Source of the DNA: Candidatus Poribacteria bacterium
GTDB taxonomy: Bacteria; Poribacteria; WGA-4E; PCPOR2b
DNA: 64,000 nt
Direction of reading: 5' to 3'
NCBI GenBank assembly: GCA_965218095.1
Contig: OZ244587.1
Location: 1,696,001 to 1,760,000 of the forward strand
Shown: one piece after another, positions 9,504 to 19,878 of the stretch
Layout: the number at the start of each line of letters is the position of its first letter
Numbering within the stretch: position 1 is the stretch's first letter
Translations under genes and position numbers: made by a program
The notes under the pieces: generated by a model
What the model saw: only the letters and a program-made list of their open reading frames with translations
The model's database searches: none
Told to the model about the DNA's origin: nothing

Positions 9504-9917
9504 CTACCAAGTACGAGTGAAACTTAACCTTCCGGTCAGCCCGGTTTGCTCTTCCGCTTTTTTGGTGTCATACCCAACAAGTATGCCGAGAGTGTTATTT
9601 TCGCCGTAGCCGATGTTGATTCGCGGACCGACTACGAGACTGAAACTGTCACCCTTAACAGCGGGGATGGAAACACCAAGGTCAAACTCTCCGATGGTAT
9701 CGTTGATGTAAATATTAGAATCGAGCGAGATGCCGCCAACGGAATGGGTTGCCCCGATTAGGAAATGCGTTCCTAAGGTATCGGTATCGACGCGGAACCA
9801 GCCGGGAATGCGGGTTTTTTCGGCTGCCGCTTCACTTTCATCGCTCTCTGCCCAGACTGAACTACTCCCAACGGTCACGATACAAACGATTATCAAAACA
9901 TGGGTGAATCTATACAT
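9504..9917 (-). CDS. Exported hypothetical protein, beta-strand rich (possibly an internally shortened outer-membrane protein)
   Basis: Signal peptide ending VWA; C-terminal GRLSFTRTW resembles a beta-barrel terminal strand. Confidence 0.5.
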   Translation of the reverse strand: MYRFTHVLIIVCIVTVGSSSVWAESDESEAAAEKTRIPGWFRVDTDTLGTHFLIGATHSVGGISLDSNIYINDTIGEFDLGVSIPAVKGDSFSLVVGPRINIGYGENNTLGILVGYDTKKAEEQTGLTGRLSFTRTW

Positions 9918-10036
9918 TTTGCTTTATATCCTTTCTTGTAATAGACTAGGATTATGCCTTTAGAACCTCAATACCGTAGGCGGAGTATTCTTGCCCCGCT
10001 CCTCAATTATACCCTTGGCAGCCGATTTTTGAAATT

Positions 10037-10074
10037 AAAAAATTTGTCAAAGTCAATCCGCTTGTGCTACAATA
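10037..10074 (+). promoter_or_regulatory. Sigma70-like promoter, copy A of a 38-bp duplication
   Basis: TTGTCA-18 nt-TACAAT with TG extension; 37/38 identical to 15915-15952. Confidence 0.65.
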
Positions 10075-11598
10075 ACCCAAATTGCTACCTAAACTGAGGG
10101 GTGTGCATAGTAGTTCATTGGAAAACAGCCGCCATATGAGAGATATTGCGAGCAGGTAACTTCCATATGGCATTGGCAATCATAGCCACTTGCACTGATA
10201 ACACCCCGATAGCTAAACAACAGCGTACATTGAAAAACCCCTTGACCGGTAACTGCTTCTGTTGAGGAGTGGTGCCTATCACTTTAGCAATCAAGTCAAA
10301 CAACGGTTCAACCGAACTGCGACGTTTGCTTAAACAGAGACGCTGCTTGGGTTGGTTGATAAATCGATGATACGCCTTGGCAAACCGTCCCTTTGTCCAT
10401 CTAAGTGCCGGGGTAATCAAAGCGACTTGTGCCTTCGCCCAACGACGGATACGGTCTGCTTGGGTATAGGCATCATCGGCAGTGAGTGTCTGCGGTGAAA
10501 GTTGTGTCAGAATCTCAGACGCTTTAGCATCTATCGCCCAACTTTCGGAGACCGACGCACGGTGCACAGTTATCAGTGTTGGGAACGCACCTTGTGTGCA
10601 GATAATGTGAAGTCCGTAGCCATAGACCCAGCCATGATAACCACTCTTGCTCCACGTGGCATCGGTGTCGAGGTTGCGTAGATGTTTAGGTGCTTTTCCT
10701 GCTTTGCGGTCAGTTTGATGCCAGACGGGTCCTCGTGCCTTAAATAAACTTTTGTCGGCTACCAGATGAGCCAAGTTGAATTGTTGGGACAAGTCAGTGG
10801 CATACTGACCGATAAACAATACAAATGCCTCTATCACTTCATATAATGCCTTATAGCGACGTGCAATCGTGGTTCGATGAGGGGGCTGTTGCCACCCCAG
10901 CATTTGTAACACTTCTGGGTGATTGATTAGCCACCGCCATTGCGTTTTGAAGCCATAGATGCCGTGAAACTGCATCAACATGAAGAAAATGATAAACGAG
11001 GTGGTTGAATATGTCAATGGTTTTGCGTGTGTGACACCTGGTTTGTCAATACGGTGTTGCATAAACTGCTCAAAGAGTTGCATAATAAGAGTGACATAAT
11101 CAGCCAACATTGGTCTTTGTACCATATTGGGGCTCCTTTTGCTATGATAACAATAGGAAACCCTTTTGGCTTGATTATGTCAACTATATTTATGCACACC
11201 CCTCACCTAAACTGGAAAAAACATTATTTGTGCAGAACGTTCAGTGTAGGTTAGGTTGAACGGTTAAAAGCGAATCCCTATCAAGGACAAATAGAGGTGC
11301 TGCCTTTCAACAACACGGTCTTATAGTGAAACCCAACCTCTCCATCCAACCGACGCGCTGATTATCAAGTGTTGGGTTTCACTCTATTTGTGAGATTTCA
11401 AGCAGAATCGAATCCCGCAATCCAAGTGTAATGTTTGGTATTTTTCATTGGTTCCGTTCAACCCAACCTACGTGCTATAGACATATCGCTCCATATGACC
11501 CGGCACGCTGCGCCGCCCATTGCTGGGTCATTGCGAAAGGTTGAGCACCTCGACTTTAACGAAAAACCGATGAATTTTCAATAGGCAGCAACTTAGAT
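10075..11598. mobile_element. MITE with IS982-like ends, containing a nested IS and a REP-like doublet
   Basis: Ends ACCCAAATTGCTACCTA / TAGGCAGCAACTTAGAT; inner GTAGGTTAGGTTGAACGG...CCGTTCAACCCAACCTAC palindromic pair at about 11247-11470. Confidence 0.6.
10096..11204 (-). mobile_element. Intact IS with DDE transposase (CDS 10115-11125, 336 aa)
   Basis: Perfect 14-bp TIR GAGGGGTGTGCATA; 9-bp target duplication ACCTAAACT; VADKS, DTDATW..GWVYGYGLH, TADDAY, RRSSVEPLF motifs. Confidence 0.92.
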
Positions 11599-11640
11599 TA
11601 TCATATACCCATTTGGGTATCAAATTGAACGGAGAACGTT

Positions 11641-14600
11641 TTGAATAAGCGGATTACCTCAATACCTATTGTGCTAGCACTCTATACAATCCTAATATGT
11701 ATTCCATCTTCGGTATATGCCAAAAAGGGGGTAAGACAGCAGATTCAACTGAAAGCAGGCGCGGCGTTGCAGCGGATCAAATCCGATTCAGAAACCCCTG
11801 TCCGTGCACGATGGCATCAGAACCGGGGGACAGTCCGCAACCTTTACAATTTGACACTGCCTGCCCCGATAGGAACGCTGGAAACATCAGTGCGTCAATG
11901 CCTTACCGACTATTGTGACCTTTTTGCGATGACTGATCCAAACATCGAGTTGCGTCTCACGGATATCCAAAACAGCTTAACGGGCAGACATGTTCGATTC
12001 CATCAATACTACAACGGTATCGAAGTTTACGGTGCAGTGACCTCGGTCCACACCAACCGCTCTGGGCAGATACGAGTCATCCACAACAACTACTTCCCAC
12101 AGATCAACATCAGTACAGCGGCATCGCTCTCCCCGGAACAAGCAATCAGTATCGCCATTGCCGAGTCCGGTGCATTCGATTTGCGCAAGCCGCCGCGTGT
12201 CAACTTGGTAATTTTCCCGGATCGTAATACGGGACAGATAGGCGACTATGCTAATGCGTATCGCCTCGCTCACCGCACAATCGTGCACTCCCGTCAACCA
12301 CTCGCAAGTTGGGAGTATATCATTGACACCAACACCGGCGAGCTGTTGCACCGACGGAACCTGCTCAGGTTTGCTGACGGACAAGGGCGCGTCTTTAACC
12401 CGAATCCTGTTGTCGCCCTTAAAGATTTCACGCTCATGGACCAAGATGATTCTCCTGACGCGATACCAGAAGCAGCGTATACGGATGTGATGCTACCTGA
12501 GTTGGACGGGAGTGGTTTTCTTGATGGGCCTTACGCGAGTACGAGATTGACCGAAAATCGTGCCAACGAGCCGACGCTGGGGTTCAACTATCTCCGAGAT
12601 GATCCCCGATTTGAGGAGGTGATGGTCTATTATCACGTTGATGCCGTTGGGCGTTATTTGAAAGGACTCGGCTTCGATTTCGTGGACAATTGGCAGATTC
12701 CTGCGAATGTGCATTTCGGTATGACGAGGGCTGGTTTCTATAACGATAGTGAGGGATCGATTAATTTCGGAGATGCCGGTGTTGATGTTGCCGAAGATGC
12801 TGAAGTGATTATCCATGAATATGGTCACGCGATCCTTGATCGACAGGTCCCTAACATTAACAAGGGCGAAGGTGGCGCGATACACGAAGGGTTTAGTGAT
12901 TTTCTCGCAGCCAGTTTTTTCAGTGCCGTGAGCGATGGTTTTAGTGACTCGATCGTTTTTGAATGGGCTGGTTCAGGTGACCCTGAGATTTACACTCGTC
13001 CCGTAACTGGTAACAAGCGTTATCCCGAAGACATTGTGGGTGAGCCACACACCGATGGAGAGATTTGGTCTGCGGCACTATGGGAGATTTTTGAGGCGAT
13101 TGGACGCGATGCGTCGATCCGCTTGATTGTCGAGAGCCATTTCTTCCTCTCACCCGACACGGAACTTGTCGATGGGGCATCAGCGATTTTTATGGCGGAT
13201 CAGGAACTGAATGGTGGAGTAAATTTCGACCTAATTTTGGGAATTATGGAGAACCGTGGATTCTTTACGCTGCCCAAATTGGCATCGGATGCCTTTGAGG
13301 AGAACGATACAGCGGAGACCGCAGCCGCGATTGAGCTCCCGTTTGTCAACGGAGAACTGTCCGTCCACACAGCGGACAATGATGATTACTATAGATTCCG
13401 TTTGGATGAGACAATGCAGGTTGGGTTGGGAATTGATTTTCAACCCATTTACGGGGAGTTGATGCTAACATTGATGGGACCTAATGGTATCGAGCTTGTT
13501 ACCTTCGAGACGAAGGATGTTACATCGCTTGAATTAGTGCCGGGCGATTATGTCGTTGCAGTTTCGGGCATCAACGGTGCGACTAACGATTATAAACTAG
13601 CGCTTATCGTTGACAACCACGGCGATACGCCTGACACAGCGACATCTGTGGCGATCGGCGACACGATAGAAAGTTTCATCGACTTCAACGGAGATACGGA
13701 TTTCTTCGCGATTGAAGGTGAGAAGGGGCAGCGCATTGAAATCACTATTACGACAAAGAACTCCGACCTCGACTCTCTGCTCGTTGTCTATGGACCAGAT
13801 GGTGAGCTCTTTGCTAAAAGTGATGATGTCTTGCCGACCATCGGTCCGGAGCCGATTCCCGAACTAAATCCGCGTGGGATTGATTCCCGCGTGAGTGAAA
13901 AACTACCAGCCAATGGAACGTACCTGCTCGCTGTCAGCAACATTGCACTTCCCAATCTGAATGCCCCCTTTGGCGGTCTAAACTACTCTTACACACTGAC
14001 GATCAGTGGGAAGACCGATGACCATGCAGCGTGCGGTAGTGGCGAGGAAACGCCATTGACCTTCGATGCACCTATAACAGGTATCATTACCCTTAGCACC
14101 CTTAGCGGTGATCCTACATCACCGGATCCTCAAGACTCGGAACCCGATCTTCATGACTCGGACGGTTTCCGCTTTGAAGCGTCAGAGGGCACTGTCATTG
14201 CCCTACACGTTGAGGTAGAAACGCCTGCACGCGAGGTAATATTTATGGTGACCCTCCTCAGTCTTTTGGATGCATCTGGAGAAACGTTGGTATCTACTCG
14301 TGGCGCTCCTAATGGCTTAGAGGTGCGGATTGATGGATTTCTCATCCCTGCCGATGGCGAGTATTGTGTTGATGTTGCCGGTTTCATAGGAGGTGCGGTT
14401 GGTTCCACTTATACCTATACGCTGACGTTATCTGAGGGCGAACTGCCCGAAGATGATCACGAAGATCTGAAAGGGAATCCAACCCCCTTAACGGTGGGTG
14501 TTCCTGTCGAGGGAGCGATCAGTTTTGTCGGGGATGCCGATGCGTTTCAGTTTACTGCTACAGCGGGACAAATCATTACGTTAGCGGTGGACGGGCAACC

Positions 14601-15681
14601 CGCCACTCCGTTCTCTCGTTTAGTTTTGACCCTGTATAATAGCGATTTACAGCGTTTAGCCGAGGTTCCGCTCTTTATAGAAGGTATTGATTCGATGCTA
14701 GAAGGATTTGAAATTCCTGTGGACGGAATTCACTATGCCGAGATTAGAGATATGTTCGGAGGAAGTGAAGCGAATTTTTCCTACACACTGACCCTGACAA
14801 TCGAAGAGGGAGATGTTGAGCGTAAATTTCCCCCTTATGATGTCAACCAAGATGGCAAGGTGGACATTTTTGATCTCGTGCTTGTCGGTCAACATTTCGG
14901 CGAAAAATTCATTAACGCCACGCCAACTGCAGATTTTGGACAGTTCCGTTCGGTATCGCCCGAAGGGGAGTTGCGGCTCCTGATGACCCCGAGTGTGACG
15001 GATACACGACAATTGACCGTCTCAATCCACACCACAGCGATTGCCGATCTTTACGGCTACCATTTTTCAATCCAGTACGATCCGGCGATATTAGAGTTCC
15101 TTACTGCATCACCAAGCCCGGTTTTAGCCGCTGCGCTGCCCCAAAGTTACTGGCATATCTCCCAGCAAGGGACACAACTGAAGTTCACACAGACACGTCA
15201 AGCAACGCTGAAAGGTGTGACAGCAGAGGGTTCACTGGCTATGCTTGTTTTTCATGTCAAAAAGACGGTGCCCCCGTCGTCGCAGCCCCCCATCCGGCTC
15301 GTTGACCTGCAACTGGCGGATTCGCTGACAAGAGCGATTCCGGTGCACGTGGTCGGTGAGCGAGTGTCAATGACAGAGCTATTCCCTGAGAAACCGATGT
15401 TGCTGCAAAACCACCCGAACCCGTTTAACCCGGAAACATGGATTCCGTATCAACTCTCTACCGATTCAGAGGTGGTTATCTCAATTTACGATACAAACGG
15501 TGAGCGTGTCCGTCAATTTGACCTCGGCTATCAGCACGTTGGGACATACATTACTCGCGGTAGGGCGGCCTACTGGGATGGAGAAGACATGTATGGTGAG
15601 CAGGTTGCGAGCGGCTTATATTTTTATCAGATCCGGGCGGGTGCGTTTTCTGCGACCCGCAAAATGGTTATCGTCAAATAG
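11641..15681 (+). CDS. Secreted M36/M4-type zinc metallopeptidase with FTP propeptide, PPC repeats, dockerin-like, cohesin-like and C-terminal sorting domains
   Basis: HVRFHQYYNGIEVYG; HEYGH...EGFSD; EPHTDGEIW; repeated DDH...D.D.F.F PPC units; DVNQDGKVDIFDLVLVGQHFG; QNHPNPFNPETWIPY. Confidence 0.88.
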   Translation: MNKRITSIPIVLALYTILICIPSSVYAKKGVRQQIQLKAGAALQRIKSDSETPVRARWHQNRGTVRNLYNLTLPAPIGTLETSVRQCLTDYCDLFAMTDPNIELRLTDIQNSLTGRHVRFHQYYNGIEVYGAVTSVHTNRSGQIRVIHNNYFPQINISTAASLSPEQAISIAIAESGAFDLRKPPRVNLVIFPDRNTGQIGDYANAYRLAHRTIVHSRQPLASWEYIIDTNTGELLHRRNLLRFADGQGRVFNPNPVVALKDFTLMDQDDSPDAIPEAAYTDVMLPELDGSGFLDGPYASTRLTENRANEPTLGFNYLRDDPRFEEVMVYYHVDAVGRYLKGLGFDFVDNWQIPANVHFGMTRAGFYNDSEGSINFGDAGVDVAEDAEVIIHEYGHAILDRQVPNINKGEGGAIHEGFSDFLAASFFSAVSDGFSDSIVFEWAGSGDPEIYTRPVTGNKRYPEDIVGEPHTDGEIWSAALWEIFEAIGRDASIRLIVESHFFLSPDTELVDGASAIFMADQELNGGVNFDLILGIMENRGFFTLPKLASDAFEENDTAETAAAIELPFVNGELSVHTADNDDYYRFRLDETMQVGLGIDFQPIYGELMLTLMGPNGIELVTFETKDVTSLELVPGDYVVAVSGINGATNDYKLALIVDNHGDTPDTATSVAIGDTIESFIDFNGDTDFFAIEGEKGQRIEITITTKNSDLDSLLVVYGPDGELFAKSDDVLPTIGPEPIPELNPRGIDSRVSEKLPANGTYLLAVSNIALPNLNAPFGGLNYSYTLTISGKTDDHAACGSGEETPLTFDAPITGIITLSTLSGDPTSPDPQDSEPDLHDSDGFRFEASEGTVIALHVEVETPAREVIFMVTLLSLLDASGETLVSTRGAPNGLEVRIDGFLIPADGEYCVDVAGFIGGAVGSTYTYTLTLSEGELPEDDHEDLKGNPTPLTVGVPVEGAISFVGDADAFQFTATAGQIITLAVDGQPATPFSRLVLTLYNSDLQRLAEVPLFIEGIDSMLEGFEIPVDGIHYAEIRDMFGGSEANFSYTLTLTIEEGDVERKFPPYDVNQDGKVDIFDLVLVGQHFGEKFINATPTADFGQFRSVSPEGELRLLMTPSVTDTRQLTVSIHTTAIADLYGYHFSIQYDPAILEFLTASPSPVLAAALPQSYWHISQQGTQLKFTQTRQATLKGVTAEGSLAMLVFHVKKTVPPSSQPPIRLVDLQLADSLTRAIPVHVVGERVSMTELFPEKPMLLQNHPNPFNPETWIPYQLSTDSEVVISIYDTNGERVRQFDLGYQHVGTYITRGRAAYWDGEDMYGEQVASGLYFYQIRAGAFSATRKMVIVK

Positions 15682-15684
15682 TTA

Positions 15685-15735
15685 ACTCAGGTTGCCACCT
15701 ATCGCCCCGCTAGGGCTTTAGGTGACAACTTGAGT
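15685..15735. repeat. 51-bp minimal MITE with IS982-like ends
   Basis: ACTCAGGTTGCCACCTA...TAGGTGACAACTTGAGT inverted arms directly after the peptidase stop. Confidence 0.7.
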
Positions 15736-15914
15736 GTTTTTACTATAAATCACTTTACTCGCAGCTACTTCAGGATAACCATAAGAGAGTGACCCCGAAA
15801 CCTTTTGAGTTGAAAAAGGATGAAAACCGCGCCTTGCTAATCTTATTATAAAAAAGTGCTCCCGATCTTTGCAAGAAAAAAGCAAAGGAAAACTAAACGC
15901 CCCTAAATTGCGAC

Positions 15915-15952
15915 AAAAAATTTGTCAAAGTCAATCCGCTTGTGCTATAATA
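15915..15952 (+). promoter_or_regulatory. Sigma70-like promoter, copy B, driving the RAPP leader-TonB receptor unit
   Basis: TTGTCA-18 nt-TATAAT with TG extension; GACAAA-N3-TTTGTC palindrome overlaps the -35. Confidence 0.7.
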
Positions 15953-15999
15953 TCATCTCTAATTTTCAAGTATCTCACGTTTGAAAGAGGTAAAGGTTC

Positions 16000-16302
16000 T
16001 TGCAGAACAATCGAACCCACATCAATCCAACCGGCTGGGTAATTGCAATTGGGATTTTTTATTCTCTGATGGCAATAAGCCTTGTCGGGCTCACATATGA
16101 ACACGACCACAATATCCTCGGTTCGACTGATTGTTCTGCTTGCTTCTTCAGTGCCAACCACCTCGGTATTGAGCTCCATGCTGTTGACTTCACCAATCTC
16201 GATACCTGCATCTCAATTCACTCCCCTTTCGACCTTACTTTCATCTTCACGACACCTGTCAACAATATCCAAAGTCGTGCCCCACCAGCGTTCTCCATTT
16301 AA
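16000..16302 (+). CDS. DUF2946/CruR-like leader with HxH, CxxC and C-terminal RAPP motif
   Basis: TM segment, EHDH, DCSAC, ends IQSRAPPAFSI; upstream of a TonB receptor. Confidence 0.8.
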   Translation: MQNNRTHINPTGWVIAIGIFYSLMAISLVGLTYEHDHNILGSTDCSACFFSANHLGIELHAVDFTNLDTCISIHSPFDLTFIFTTPVNNIQSRAPPAFSI

Positions 16303-16353
16303 TCTCCTAATCTAACCCATATCTCTGCTTTTTTGACCCAATCAATTTCTATC

Positions 16354-16417
16354 TTTTCCCTGGCTGATCTGTATCTGACTTTGGCGGTAGTCTGCCTAAG
16401 TCGTGATGCCGGGAAAA
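16354..16417 (+). promoter_or_regulatory. Long intergenic stem-loop preceded by a C-rich/G-poor tract
   Basis: TTTTCCCTGGC...GCCGGGAAAA outer stem with GACTTTGGCGG/CTGCCTAAGTC inner stem. Confidence 0.5.
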
Positions 16418-16433
16418 ACAATTTATCTATATT

Positions 16434-17018
16434 TTGGAGGACATGATGTTTACCTGTTTTTTTAGATTCACTCTGTTACTACTCGCATTTGCTGTGCTGT
16501 TCGCCGCTTGTAGCGAAGATGATAATCCCATTGTTGACCATGACGACGAACCATTTCATGCCGATGCCGACGGTTTTATCCTCAAGGTTGACGGGAACGA
16601 GATCTACCGCCAATTTCAGGGGACGCATACGGGAGGTATCACCCTCAAAGTCGGGGAGGAACTGGATGTTCTCGCCGTGTTCCTTAACCAGCATGAAGAG
16701 GAATTTTTCCCTGAAGCCCCGGAAGAGGGCGAAGATCACGACCACGACGATCATGGTGAGGAAGAGGTGTTTGCCTTAGCTCTCAGCGGATTTGATTCAT
16801 CAACCATTGAAGTACACCTTTACGAAAGTGAGGAGGACGACCATGAAGATGATCACGCTGAAGAAGGCGAAGACCACGACGATGAGCTCGCCGAAAAATT
16901 TACCTTTGAGGTGAAAGGGCTTAAAGCCGGAAAAACAGAGTTCAAACTCCAGCTATTGCACGGCGACCATCCTGATTTCACGGCGGCGTTCTCGACTCCC
17001 GTAACGGTTACACCGTAG
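16434..17018 (+). CDS. His/Asp/Glu-rich lipoprotein (putative metal-binding partner of the TonB receptor)
   Basis: FAAC lipobox; DHDHDDHGEE, DDHEDDHAEEGEDHDD; LLHGDHPDF motif. Confidence 0.75.
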   Translation: MEDMMFTCFFRFTLLLLAFAVLFAACSEDDNPIVDHDDEPFHADADGFILKVDGNEIYRQFQGTHTGGITLKVGEELDVLAVFLNQHEEEFFPEAPEEGEDHDHDDHGEEEVFALALSGFDSSTIEVHLYESEEDDHEDDHAEEGEDHDDELAEKFTFEVKGLKAGKTEFKLQLLHGDHPDFTAAFSTPVTVTP

Positions 17019-17161
17019 GGAGCATTTGCTTGGGAGATTGTTTTGTCGGATTGCCAAATCCAACAGTTGGTCTAGAGTTGGCAATCCAGACAGAGCAAAG
17101 TGAAAGTGGAACTACCCGAACTGAGTAGATTTTGACACAACTCTAAGATCAGAGGCTTCCG

Positions 17162-19372
17162 ATGAAACGCTTAATCTTTTGTCTATTCACCATTCTCCTG
17201 ACTCATAATGTAGACGGGGTATCCTTGTCCCGCCCCGTTTCCGTTTCAGGGCAGGTGATTGATGCTGAAGCGGAAACTCCCCTTGTGGATGTCCATGTAT
17301 CCCTGTTACGCAAAGCAGAAGGCGCATCTGTGTTCCAAACCGATAGGACTGGACAGTTTCGGTTTGATGGAATTGCGGTGGGAACGTATACACTTCGATT
17401 CAATCACGTTGGCTATGAAACGTTAGATCAAGAAATCGTTGTCAAGGCGGACTCGACAACGATGGCAGTGAAATTGAAACGCAGTCCGCTCCAACTTGGA
17501 GAGATTGTTGTTACACCCGGTGACGAGGAGCACGCTCATTTTGAGAAAACCACCGACCTCAACCTTTCAGCGCAGCAGCTTGATCAGCAAATGGGAGTAA
17601 CCATAGCCGAGACGCTTAGCGGAGAGGTAGGGATCGCCCAGCGGACGATGGGGCGAGCAACCGCGCGTCCGGTCATCCGGGGCATGGGCGGTGATCGGCT
17701 GCTTATCCTCGAAAATGGCGGGCGCACCGGCGATAAATCAGCGTCCTCAGCAGATCACGCGGTTGCAATTGACCCAACCACCGCGACAAATATCGAGATT
17801 ACGCGCGGACCGGCGTCGCTAATTTATGGCTCAAGCACACTCGGCGGTGTCGTCAATGTCAAGCGCGAGACCATCCCGCAAACCCTGCCCCATCGTCCAA
17901 CGATGAATCTCACATTTCAGAGTGAGTCGGTCAATTCAGGGCTGACCGGAACGACAGAGCTGACGATTCCGATTGGTAACCTTGCGTGGAGGCTGGAGTT
18001 GAACCGCCGCCACACCGACGATACACATACCCCCATCGGTATTTTAGAAAACACGTCGCTATCGCAAACTAATTTTGCGACCGGTATCTCAATGGTCAAG
18101 GATTGGGGACACATTGGGATTTCAGGCGGTAATTACCGTTCAGATTACGGGATTCCCGGTTCGCCGGAAGGACACATCCAAGGCGTCACTATCGACCTCG
18201 ACCGCCAACGGTATGAAGGTAATTTTGAGTATGGGTTTCAGCAGTCGTTTCTTGAGAAACTGAAACTGCACTCGACCTACACACGCTATCAGCATCAGGA
18301 GATTGAATCAAACAGCACGCTCGGTGTTGAGTTCGGCCTATTGACATACAACGCGTCCGCATTGGCTTATCTGCACGGCGATGCAGTTGCCGGGGTTTGG
18401 GGCGAGTACCGTGACCATGCGACGGGCGGGTTTTACTGGACGCCGCACACGCGGGAGATGTCCTTGGCGGGTTTCTATTTCAAACAGAAGCGGCTCAACG
18501 CCTCCTTTACGTTACAAGGTGCAATTCGCTACAACATCAGACGGGTTGAGCCATTTGTGGAAGGTGCTGTCATCCGCGCAGGAACGGTGCAACGACGGGA
18601 CTTCGGCGGCATGTCGAGTGCGGTTTCGAGTATCTATCATTGGAACGACAACTTGGGAACTGGTGCTACCTTGATGAAGACGTTTCGCACACCGGGAATC
18701 GAGGAACTCTTTTCAGATGGTCCGCATCTCGCAGCCTACTCCTACGAAATTGGTAATGCCGAACTCGGTTCGGAGGATGGCTTCGGGACAGAGGCATTTC
18801 TGCGCTATGCTGCCGAGCGCGTGAAACTAAATCTCACCGTTTTTCGCAACCAGATTTACAGTTATCTGATTCCGACCAACACAGGCGAAAAGGAGTGGGG
18901 GAGTGGTGCGGCGGGGTGGCTGTGGATATATCAATACCGGGGACAAGAAGCCATCCTTGACGGAGCCGAATTTAGCATTGACACTGAAATCGTCCCACGA
19001 TTTCAGGCACAGGTGCGCATGAGTTACGTCAAAGGGACTTTGACAACCAGTGGATCACCGCTTGAACGCATCCCGCCGCTCAACGGAAAAGTGGCGCTGC
19101 GATACGTAACGCAGCCGCTAAACTTTCACTTCACGGCGCGATTTTCAGACGACCAGCATCGGCTCGGCGAATTTGAAGAGGCGACCGACGGGTACATCGT
19201 CTACGATGTGGGCTTGCAGTTGGCGTTTCCGATGTGGCGACTTCAGCATCAGATGGTTGTCGCGGTCGAGAATATCTTCGACACCGAATACCGTCAGCAC
19301 CTTTCGAGAATCAAATCAGTAATGCCGGAGCCGGGACGGAACGTGAAATTTTTATATCGGCTGAATTTTTAA
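17162..19372 (+). CDS. TonB-dependent receptor, ZnuD-like metal uptake type, with N-terminal carboxypeptidase-regulatory-like domain
   Basis: RPVIRG, SADHAVAID, IEITRGPASLIYGS..GGVVNV, ELFSDGPHLA, ENIFD..Y..HLSR...PGRN, C-terminal F. Confidence 0.92.
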   Translation: MKRLIFCLFTILLTHNVDGVSLSRPVSVSGQVIDAEAETPLVDVHVSLLRKAEGASVFQTDRTGQFRFDGIAVGTYTLRFNHVGYETLDQEIVVKADSTTMAVKLKRSPLQLGEIVVTPGDEEHAHFEKTTDLNLSAQQLDQQMGVTIAETLSGEVGIAQRTMGRATARPVIRGMGGDRLLILENGGRTGDKSASSADHAVAIDPTTATNIEITRGPASLIYGSSTLGGVVNVKRETIPQTLPHRPTMNLTFQSESVNSGLTGTTELTIPIGNLAWRLELNRRHTDDTHTPIGILENTSLSQTNFATGISMVKDWGHIGISGGNYRSDYGIPGSPEGHIQGVTIDLDRQRYEGNFEYGFQQSFLEKLKLHSTYTRYQHQEIESNSTLGVEFGLLTYNASALAYLHGDAVAGVWGEYRDHATGGFYWTPHTREMSLAGFYFKQKRLNASFTLQGAIRYNIRRVEPFVEGAVIRAGTVQRRDFGGMSSAVSSIYHWNDNLGTGATLMKTFRTPGIEELFSDGPHLAAYSYEIGNAELGSEDGFGTEAFLRYAAERVKLNLTVFRNQIYSYLIPTNTGEKEWGSGAAGWLWIYQYRGQEAILDGAEFSIDTEIVPRFQAQVRMSYVKGTLTTSGSPLERIPPLNGKVALRYVTQPLNFHFTARFSDDQHRLGEFEEATDGYIVYDVGLQLAFPMWRLQHQMVVAVENIFDTEYRQHLSRIKSVMPEPGRNVKFLYRLNF

Positions 19373-19404
19373 AGGTTGGCAATGAAAGTCGGGAGAACGT
19401 CAGA

Positions 19405-19878
19405 TCAGTCAACACGGAATTTCTGCTCCACACCGTTGACAACAACTTTATAATCACCCGCCGGGAAAGTCCCAATAAAAACCTGCTCTTGATACTCCGT
19501 TACGACCGTCGCGCAAACACTATCTTTCGGACGTTTGGTTGTCATCTGGATGGTGATAGTGTTTCCTTCCCGCGCTTGATGTGTCTCATGGTGTACGGTA
19601 CAACTATCCGGTAGATACCCAATGACCTCAACGGTAACTTGAACGGGTTTACTCTCCGTGATTAGTAGTTCAATCTCTTTGATGGACAGATCTGCAATAA
19701 TCCACTGATCACCAACAACATCACTGTCTCTGTTCGATGGTTCACCGGTATCTGGTGGTTCACTGGTATCATTGAGCATATCATCAATGACGTTCGAGCA
19801 ACCGATGCAATATATCATGCTGATGATTGTGACAAACTGCATGATACGATGAAGCAGTTGGAAAGGAGTTGTTTTCAT
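19405..19878 (-). CDS. Hypothetical lipoprotein
   Basis: CIGC lipobox; ESKPVQV...GYLPDSC...C....GDYKVVVNG pattern; start uncertain. Confidence 0.65.
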   Translation of the reverse strand: MKTTPFQLLHRIMQFVTIISMIYCIGCSNVIDDMLNDTSEPPDTGEPSNRDSDVVGDQWIIADLSIKEIELLITESKPVQVTVEVIGYLPDSCTVHHETHQAREGNTITIQMTTKRPKDSVCATVVTEYQEQVFIGTFPAGDYKVVVNGVEQKFRVD

